A DNA stretch of 64,000 nt from Psammoneis japonica (lineage: Eukaryota), in assembly GCA_008632985.1 (NCBI GenBank), contig QPGO01000089.1, positions 1 to 64,000 of the forward strand, given 5' to 3'. The notes beneath the pieces were generated by a model, which was given only the letters and a program-made list of their open reading frames with translations, was not told where the DNA came from and ran no database searches. Below, in pieces: positions 54,530-64,000 of the stretch; position 1 is the first letter of the stretch; every line of letters begins with the position of its first letter. The translations under genes and the position numbers were made by a program.

Positions 54530-57500
54530 TCATGCACACCCCACCGTGTTGACTGGCATGTCCTCTGCTGTTTGGCACGCTCCAGTCTCCCCCACGCACA
54601 TTTCCAGCATCATTTTTCCAGCACCTCCCGGAATTTCTGTGCTGCCCTGCTTCGGGTGCTCATTCCATGTGCACAATTGTCTGTGCAATTCACAACAGTG
54701 CATCCTCTCCCCAAACTGCTTTCCACCTGAGCATGCACTGTTGTCATCCACGCACTTTCTACGCAAATCACAACTGACCTCTTGCCATGGCAGTCAACAA
54801 CTTCACCCCGTCTCACGACGATGTCGACCCTGATCCTTCCTTCCAATTTCCTGATGAATGTGATTTTGATGATGTGGAATGTTTTGCCAATGGTTTTGGA
54901 ATGGAGTTGTTTGGTCCCAAGCTCAAAAGCACAATTTCAACGCGTGCATCCAAAAAGCAGTTTTTGGAATTGACGAAATGGACTCCCTCTCTGCAATTTC
55001 TCGCTCTTCCCTTCCTTTGCCACAAGCCAAAGTTGCGTTGAATTCCGTGTGTCGCGGAAGTCATCCACACCAACAATGTCATCAGGAAAACTCTTGGATG
55101 CCCTGACGTTTGGTCTTGCATCAAGGCTCGTGGTTGGTCCCTGAAGAAATCCCGCTCGCTGAAAGGTCAATGCTGCCTTCGTCATCAAAATTTGGGCAAA
55201 GCTCTCCATTTCTCCAAAATGCCTGGAGAGACAGTTCAACAAGAAGAGCACCGCATGAATCTTCACCGCAACATCAAAGCCATGGCAGAACTTGTCTGTG
55301 CAATTGTTGCTGGTGACGACCCAAATGATCCCGTTTCCGGCAAGCCTTGTTTCCGGTTTCTAAAGGAAGACAATCTCAAAAAACTGATCGACGACCGTGC
55401 ACAAGACCTCCACGGTGCATTTTTTGTCACCGAAATCGCAACGCATCACGTTCAGCACAAACAAAATGACTTCGACTGCTGGTTCATGCAGATTTTTCGT
55501 CATGTCCAATTGCAAAAGGAGTGGCGCCTGTTTGTCAACAGCTTTCTTGTGCCATGCGATTCTAACGACCCGGGCTCTCAGGCGGATGATGTCAAGGAAC
55601 ACCTCACTCCGGACCAAATCGGCAACATGAAGAACAAAGTGACAATGGCTGGTGATTCCCTTGCCCGTCGGGAGGCGTGCAAAGAAAAAATAAATTCCAT
55701 GTTGAACCACGAATTTGGGAAGCGCTGTCCTGAGGAACAACCTGGCACATGACCCAAGTGCAGCAAGTTGCGCACAATCCAATGACAACAAACGAGAGCA
55801 TCAATCCAAAACCAAACGCAAAATTGGGAGGACCCACAAAGACGGCACCTGTTTGTGTGACGGTGCGTGCCCCCCCCCTCCTTGTTGCCGCATGTTTCTT
55901 GTGCATCCGTCTTCTCACACATCCATGTTTTGTCCTGTTGTTCACATTCGCTGCACAAGAGCCTTCCTTGACCATCCCCAACAAGAAGCCAAAGACTGCA
56001 TCACGCTCCACCAAGGCACGTCCTCCTTCATCTGCCGACCTGCCGTCGTCACGGGAGGCAAACCGCACTCTCACCGCCGACCTTCCCACTTTGTCGGAAA
56101 CCATGGATTCCCACAAACCTTCCTCTTCACTGGAAGGTCCTCCCACCCAGCTGCCAGCCTCTCCGCCAGTTCGCACCATGAAAGGCCCGGTTGTGTTGTC
56201 TCCCCCACTGGACCCCAATGACATGTCGTGGTTGGACAAGTCTACACTCCGACAGAGCTTTGACCCATCCAAGTGTCGATCTGTCACCTCAGACAAAGTT
56301 GCTGCTCATGTGTCACGCCTTCACATCATTGACAAGGCAACTGACATGGAGCATGTGCTTCACCATTCTGCGGCCGACTTTTACCTTGCCGACAACCTCA
56401 GGGAAAACTGGCACATCTTTTCAAACAAAACCCCCATCAGCGACCCAACTGCCACATCTCGTGTGAGAGCCGAGTGTCCTCCTGACCTCGATCACTGCTC
56501 AGATGAACTCTCTGTTGCCCGTCATGCAAACTCTCTTTACAAAGGGCACTTTGGTTGCCTTCGTGTGTGCATTCCTGCCCTTTTGCTTTTCATTTTGTTG
56601 AAGGGAGAGTCTGATTTCAAATGTGACGGATCACTGGCAGTTGACAAGGAAGACAGACGAAGGATCAAGATTGGCTGTGCTGGTTGGTCATGTCATCCAA
56701 AGGAGCCTGGCTCTGCAAAATCAGCCAAACCCAAGGCCACACACGGTCTTCATGTTTTTGATCCTGACAAAAACTTCGACGTGAAAGAGTCTTCCAAAAT
56801 CAAGGCCATGGTCGCTGACATTCTTGACTTGACTCAGCTTTGCGAAAACGACGTCGAGCTTCGGAAGCTTCGCAACCCCCCACCGTTCAACTGGTCGCTT
56901 CGGTGCGAAGAGCATTCGAAAATGTTTTGTGATGAAATGGGTTGTCCACATTTCCGTCGTGAGGACATCACCCTGCAGGGATCATGCACATCCCGTGGTC
57001 AATGTTGTGAAGGACACCGCGACATAAAAAAACTGCACCTGGCTTTTGATGTCGGAAGACAGCCGCTGGTTGTTTCTTTGTCATGGGTGCCTTTGGCGAT
57101 GTGTGGTCCTTCAAGGCAGTCACCAACAGCAGAAGCCCCATCGGTCAATGCTGCGATGACAAGTGCAACATGAACCCGATGTTGACTCGGATGCACCACA
57201 ACCAAGCTCAGCTTGACTTTGTGCTTGAAGACATGGATCTCCAACACGATGGTCCCACCCATCCTGACTCTGTCCCAACCACACGCACATTAAAAAAACT
57301 CTCGCTGGATGACAGCCGGCCATGGAACAATGTTGTCATCAGCGGAGGCGGTGTCACGGGAGATGCGTTCCAGGTCCAGGTGTGACCTCGCACTGCTGAA
57401 CTGTGACATTGACAGTTTTTTGAATCTCGTCGTATGTCGCGAACGCAGAATTCTACGTGATTTTTTGACATTTTGTGTCATTTTACGGTGCGCTCATTGA

Positions 57501-59201
57501 GCGATCCATCCAAAAACTTTTGACATTTTTTGTCACAGCGCGATTCTACAATGTCTTAAGAATCACGCAGGGCAGGTGCATTTGCAAAAATGTCGAGTGG
57601 CAAGAGGCACAATTGCACCACAAACTTGGCAGTTTATTTGATGTTGAAGACAAACACATCCATCAATTAAATTCTTGTGCCACGGAGCTCGCACGCAGAA
57701 TTCTGCGGGCCCAATGTCACACGGAGTCCCACCCAGGGCTGGAACGCATCGGGGAATCCCCTGTGTGTGCATGGATCAGCTTGAGTTCCCAACATTCCCT
57801 GTGAGGGACTTTCACCTGTCCACCCCAAGCACAGCTCTGTTCCATTTCAAGAACATTGTGCACAGATCGGGGCCAGATCCGAAGCGAGTGATGCGGTTGG
57901 CCATTCATGCTGGTCATCCGACAGGGCATCACCGACTCCACTGTGTCAGTGACAAGCACCTGCCTGAGCTGTGTTGCCAAGGCGTCAACTCATTTCTACA
58001 ATTCGCCGATCACTTGATGAATGAGTTTGGCGTTTTGTTCGGTGATCCACAGGTGGGCAGGATTGGCCCAACCAATTTGACCTACGACAAGTTCGCCAAG
58101 GTTTTCATTGACGACAGGTGCATTGGCACCGCTGATGACCCAGTCGACGTGATGGTCGACGAAATCCATGCAGTGCTGCTTTGGCTCAATGATGGCATCA
58201 CCACCAATGAGTTCTGCCCCAATTTAATGGAACAATGCTGCAAGGCTGCCTGCGATGTTTGGGCACACAGGGGAGCAGATTTTAGCAAGATTTGTCTCAT
58301 CTTGGTGCTGCATTGTCTCGCTCTATCCAGTGTTGTGGTGAAGGACCACCTGCGTCTGAACAACATGGTGTGTCCTGCATTCAATTCTGGAGCGGCCGCT
58401 CAACTGGCCCACATTGACCCAGACGAACGACCGCTCATGCACCAACGCATGTCATCGGAGACCGGGACTGAGGAGCATGGTTGGAACGGTGCAGAGCACA
58501 AACTCTGTGAGAACTCGGACAATCGCTGCACGTGCATGTTCGATTGCATGTTCCGCGGTCCATGTTCCGGACAAGATCTCTTCACATTTTCTCCATCAGG
58601 CAAGCAATTGCGCAAACCCTGTGGATCAGTGGATTGTCAAATTGTGGAGTGCACTGACTCAGACCCTCACCTTTATGACCAAAAAGATGCAACGGTTCAA
58701 GGTGGAATTGTGGCTGACCTTGGCGATGAATCCTTGTTGCGTGATGGAGTGGCTGCTGACAATGAATTAAACTCATTGTCTGGATCATCCGACCAGGATG
58801 AATCCTTGCCGGAAGAATCCTCCGACGATGAAGACAGTGCGGGATTAATTTCTTGTGCATCGGACAACAACGAATCATTGGCACTTGACGGAGTTGTGGC
58901 AGACAACGAACTTGGCTCCTTGCATGATGAGTCCTCCGACAACGAAGAATGTGCGGGATCATTTTCTGGCGCATCGGACAAGAACGAATCATTGACTCTG
59001 CACGGAGTTGTGGCAGACAACGAACTTGGTGACAGTGTTTCGGAATGCAGCGCCCCTGTTGTTGCTCTCGAGGATGAGGAGAGTTCTGTCGATGCCACCG
59101 ACGACCGTGCGAATCCACCTGACCTTTCACAAAATCCCGCTGTGAATGTGGATGAACACATGGCGGCAACTTTAGCGCAAGTCTCGCACCTTCTCCTTTG
59201 A
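54530..59201 (+). pseudogene. Large fragmented ORF(s) of unknown function, convergent with the Plavaka transposase, interrupted by a MITE
   Basis: Frames 54787..55041, 55192..55752, 55749..57173, 57675..59201; acidic C-terminal repeats (DGVVADNEL x3). Confidence 0.55.
57362..57750. mobile_element. MITE family 1 copy (389 bp), partially converted, inverted relative to 43435
   Basis: TIRs gatgcgttccag...ctggaacgcatc; flanks GGGA/GGGG; 7 TpA left. Confidence 0.93.
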
Positions 59202-59234
59202 GACTTGAGTGTGAATTGCTGTTGTGGCTGATGT

Positions 59235-60015
59235 GTGGCTCTTTCTGCCCTGCTTTTTGACAATGCACAGTCGCGACCGCAGCGCCAAAATCCTGTGGCT
59301 GTGCATGTCCAGGCCTGCAAATGCCGGACAGCTGTCCTTCGACGAGCTTTGTTCCAACTGTGGGGTGCAGGCCGTGGCCAACACTCAGCATTGAAGAGAC
59401 AAGGCCAGGTGTCAAGTTGCGGAAAACCTGTGCACGAACGCCAGCATTGAGGCATGCACCGTCTCTCTGCAGGACGGAAGTGCCATGCACCACCTCAATT
59501 GCAACATTTCTGCAAAGGATTTTGTGTCTCGAGTGAAGTCACAATTCGGCGGTGAAATTGATTTTAAGAACAGTGGATTCATCCAGATTTGCATGGACTG
59601 TTGCTGGATGCAACGCGGCGAGTGGAACATGACGTCTTTCGGCAATCGCTTCTTCCGTGAAAACCCAAAAGAGATGATGCCATCCTTGTTGCATCCCAAG
59701 TTTGAAAGGTGTCGCATCATGGTCCCACACAACCTGTGGTTCCTCTCCCAAGTCGTGTGCAACTTGGAGCATGTAGAAGAATGCGCGCTGACTCAATTGA
59801 TGACTCACGAAACGGCATTGGAGGAAATTACGACACACCAAACGTCACTCGAAATCGCAGAACAAGACAGGGGGGATTGGCTGGGAAAACCATCCGACCA
59901 GGAAGCCAGGCATTCAGGAGTCACGGAACAGGAAATTTGGGAAACACTTCTGGAAACAGAAAGGGACAAGGTCTTAGACTTCATGAGAGAAGCTGAGAGT
60001 TGCAAATCCGAGTGA
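59235..60015 (+). pseudogene. Unknown ORF remnant next to transposase 3' end
   Basis: Protein-like frames 59321..59536 and 59485..60015; no domain recognised. Confidence 0.35.
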
Positions 60016-60035
60016 TCCATGGAAGTTTTTTTCTT

Positions 60036-63000
60036 TCAAAAGAAGCGTGCCAAATTGGCAGACCCACCTCGACCCGTGGCCCTGGTGGTTTCTGGACCCG
60101 CACATTGACGAACAAAGCTGACTCCTTCTGTTCTTGTGGCCTTGTCAACTGCATGAATCAGGTGAGTGCTGATGGTTGTGTTGTCTGTTTCCGAAATTGC
60201 GCATGTTTCAACAATGGCGTGCTCCAACACTGTTTCGAAATGCAAAGCACTGTTTGCAGTTGCCAATCATCAAACGTGCCCATCAACCGCTGTTGTGAAA
60301 CTTGGCCGCCCATGTTTTTCTCCTGTCTTGAACTGCCCAAACGCACTTTGTCTTCTCGTGTGACTCTGTGATTCCCGGTTGTTCCTCTTGCACCTGCAAT
60401 TTTTCACCGACCGCCTTGATTGGAGCCAAGTGCAGTTTTGGAGCATGCACGGCTTTTTTGCATGTGGACAACTCTTGGTTTTTTACTTGATCCAATTGCC
60501 ATCAACTGACAAGGTCGGTGTGTTGCATGCGTTCCACCATGGTGCGCTTGTCCGCCTGGCAAGTGCAAGGATGCACAACTGCAAATGACTCACCATCACT
60601 CATTCTTTGAAAGAAAGAATGAAGTCGTGAAGGGAAGAACGAATCGCCGCACCGAGTTCCAAAGTTTGCATTTGCCCAGTCATGAATGGCACCTTCACTG
60701 TTGCAGCCTGGGTGCACGCGGTGAGTGTCGATGCCATTTTTGTCACAAATTTGAGGAGAACAGGGTGCACCTGACAATGCTTTTGTTTTCCCTTCCACAG
60801 GAACGAAACAGCCTTGTTCGAAGCAATGCACTTCAACATGTACGAGGAACCACCAAGACGGTGATTGGCCGCATCGCCCGCCGCACGCATTTTGCGATCA
60901 GACTTCTTTGTTGTCCATGGATTGGCGGAGATGGCTCGGTGAACCATCATTTGGTCTTCCATGCGAGACGCAACCTGACCCAGGAAGACGTCAAAGCTCC
61001 GCTGTTGAGCCGTGGCGGCTGGCAATTTGAAAAAATCCTTCAACAGTGGTTCGCCAAGACCAGCATCGAAATTCATGGCATGACGGCAGAAGAACAGGAA
61101 AGTGGGCAAATGGATCAATTCATGGAGTTTTTGCAGCTTCCAACCAGCACCCTTGTGCCGTGGGGAGAAATGGACCACACGAGCGACAAGCAAATGAATT
61201 TTCTTCGCAATCTTTTGAATGTCGTTTCTGTCTGAAGGAGGGTCACCCAGCTTGTGCCATGCATGGAATGCAAGCATGTCTTTGAGCAGCTTTGCATGCT
61301 GGCAAACGCTGCATCTAATTGGGATTCTCTTTTTGTTGGCTCTCTTGCGCTTGTCCTCTCCTTCGTTGTCTGATTTGTTGTCGTTGTTTTCAACAGAACT
61401 GTCAGTGTCGCATTCGTTGGCTGCCGCGTCTTCTCCATCGTCTGGGTCAACTGCTGCCTGGCAATCATCCTCCAGATCGCATTCTTGTGGCATGTAGATT
61501 CTGTCCATTCTGAATTTTGGGACGCGGCGACCCAAGGGAAGTGATGGTTCCTCCGCGTCTTCTTTGCTGAAGCAGGACGCGCAGACCTCGCGACCCTCCT
61601 TTGCAAGCAACAGAAGGTAAAAGACAAAGGCCATCCCCGCCCAGTGATGAGAATTTAAGAAGGTGAGTGAAGTGGCCCCACCTTTGAAATTGGTGCACAG
61701 AAAGGAGGGGCTGCACATGGATCGGTGATTCCTGAACATCTTTTCTGCCAGCCCGTCTACCTCCTTTCTCACATTTGCAGTCATGCTGTCCACAAACACA
61801 CGGATCTCCCTTTTCAGAGTGCCATTTTCATGCAGGTGCATCATGTCGCTGGCCGTGGAAAGAGTTGCTCCAAATGGTTGCTCGCCAAAGTCTGCACACA
61901 GCAAGCTGTTGGTTGGAACATTGTGTTGCTTCATGTGGTGCAGTTCTTCCCTCCAGTGACTCCGCTCCTTGTCTTCAAGACTTTCATCATTGGCCATGCA
62001 CTGACCTCGCAGCAAGTTGCCAGCACGCACCAGCTCGCATTCCTTCCAAGGGTCGTCAAGGTCATTGCATCCTGTCATGCAAAAACGGGAGCAGCGTTGG
62101 TGACAATTCTTCGCCGCACCTGCCCACAAGGCAGTCTCCGCTCTTTGCATCTCCATTGATTGGGATTGTGGTTGGAATTGCATGAAGGTGACGGATCTCG
62201 TCGCCTCGTCGCACATGACATTTGAAGCCACCCAGCTCCATTGCGTTGAGCAAAGGCTGAAGCATGGTTTTCAAAACCTTGTGGTGCTCACAAAGACTTT
62301 GCCCCTTTTCCGACTTGCGTGCATTGGACTGCTGTTTTGCTGCGGAAGAAGACATTTTTTCAAGGTCGGGAGTGCATCCAAGAACTCTCCACTTGGCTTT
62401 GTCGTGCCACTGTTTGAAGGCAACATGCGCGGAGGTCACTGTCACGGGTTCTCCGCAAGAAGATCCCATCGAAGCTGTCTGTCCCGTCTTGTCTGCACAA
62501 ACTGTCAAACATTCCAAGAACTGTTTTAGTGGATCCTTGACTCTAGCCGAATGCGTGCTCCTGCACCACTCTCGGCCAAGACGCATTTGTCATCCAAGCC
62601 CTTGGCAACGCACATGCCAAAAGGATTGTGTGTGTCCGCAAGATTGCTTTTGTCAGCCCACGTGCAAGTGTCAAGCATGTGTGATTCCCGCACCTCTTGG
62701 AAGTTCCATCTTGGAACCATTGCAGTTTTCTCTCCCGTTCGCCGCTTGGAGTTTCCAGGTTGACCGGTGTCATCTCTCGTTCAGGTCCGGGGAACGATTT
62801 GGAAAGAGTTTCCATCAGTGCATTGCGACGAGGCATTTTGGTCCCGAGCTTGAATGTGATGCCGCAATGTCTTTCGACAAATCCCACAATGTCGTCGCAC
62901 AGGTGGAGCGGCGCTCTGCAGTCATCTGTCAGCTTGCTCAACTCCACACAGGCCCCGTTTGGGTTGCTCAATGACGACAAGCTGGCAAAGGCTGCCTCGG

Positions 63001-63720
63001 CGGGGTGTTGGCAGATGTTGCCCAATTGGCTGTCATCCAACAGAGAGGAAATGTTCCCTTGGGACGCTTGCGTGTCATCCGCTGCATTGCTGTCTGGAAC
63101 ATCAATGGTGACGTCCGGTGGCGCGGTGAAAGAGTTTGCTTCTGTGTCGCTGCTTTCGTCTGAAAGCATCTCCAGTGACATGAAGTGACTGTCGTCCGGG
63201 CCACAAATGGAGGAGAGAGGGGATGTGTTGTCTTCAAATGCAGGTGACCATGGAGCGTCAGAAGGTGGTTCGGACGAACGGGTGGAACCAGCCATGCGGG
63301 CATTGGAAATGGAGGCCCCTCGTCTCGATCATCTCAATCCATGTGTGGAGGTGTCGTTGGATGACGAGGAAGAATCGAGTCCCGAGAAGCCATTGAATGC
63401 AATTTGCATTCCCAGAGTTGCTCCGCCTTCCAACCACTTTGACACAAGCATCGGGCAACAAGTTGGGTCCCGTGCACCTTGTGACGCCAAGTTGGACATT
63501 CGCGAGCGACAGAGAGACATTGTGGATTGCGATTTAAGTGACCGAGCATGCGCTGGAAGGAGCGATGGCAACAGGGACAGGTGGTTGCTTCTTTGCCCTT
63601 GTTTTTGGACTGAGGAAGTTCCATTTTGGTGTTTTGGTGGAAAGAAACAGCAAAGGATCGGCGAGAACATTGTGTCAATGGTTGCGGCTGAGGTTTGGTC
63701 GTGTGGACGGTGTGTGTTGT
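60036..63720 (-). pseudogene. Plavaka-type DNA transposase, frameshifted, with N-terminal Zn-finger-like motif
   Basis: TVCADKT (YxDKT), WRVLGCTPDL (LGYIP), HHKVLKTMLQPL, INGDAKSGDCLVGR, WKLQKLHELIHL, NFDAGLGE..KDFFKLPA; CPCCHRSF...HL upstream; recognised from motifs only, no HMM run. Confidence 0.75.
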
Positions 63721-64000
63721 GAGGGTTGGCGGGAAACAAGACACGAAATTGGCGCGAAAATGGTGATCATTGATTTTTTTGCATTGATGAATGCTTTTGC
63801 AGTTGCCTGTCAAAAGAATGCGTTGGGACAATTGAACACTTTCGTGTTGTGTGACAAATGAGAATGCAAAAATTGCCAACGGAAAGGGAAGAGCAAGTTA
63901 GAACACAGTCTTTGGAACATTTTGTGATCACCACTCACTGTCAATTCTTTAACTTGCGCGCGCAGTGAAAAGGCACGCGTTGTTCCACGTCCGTCAGTTC

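Overview
Eukaryotic, repeat-only window with no intact host gene. The Ty1/copia, Ty3/gypsy and Plavaka element types suggest a diatom or other stramenopile, which is inference. It is a nested stack of: a 5.7-kb tandem duplication of an unknown large ORF; two copies of a copia element with a 2.7-kb insert; a full-length gypsy element with 432-bp LTRs and a 4-bp TSD, plus a truncated second copy; an old short-LTR copia; a 17/20-bp satellite in both orientations; two families of non-autonomous TIR elements with 4-bp TSDs; a 447-bp TRIM-like element with a tRNA-like head; and a Plavaka-type transposase with large unknown ORFs. The dominant signal is mutational. TpA dinucleotides have been converted to TpG or CpA on both strands in almost all repeats, so Tyr becomes Cys/His in conserved motifs and TAA/TAG stops are erased, while two young MITE copies are untouched. 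This looks like a repeat-directed A:T->G:C hypermutation process running opposite to fungal RIP. All counts and alignments were done by eye and need computational confirmation.
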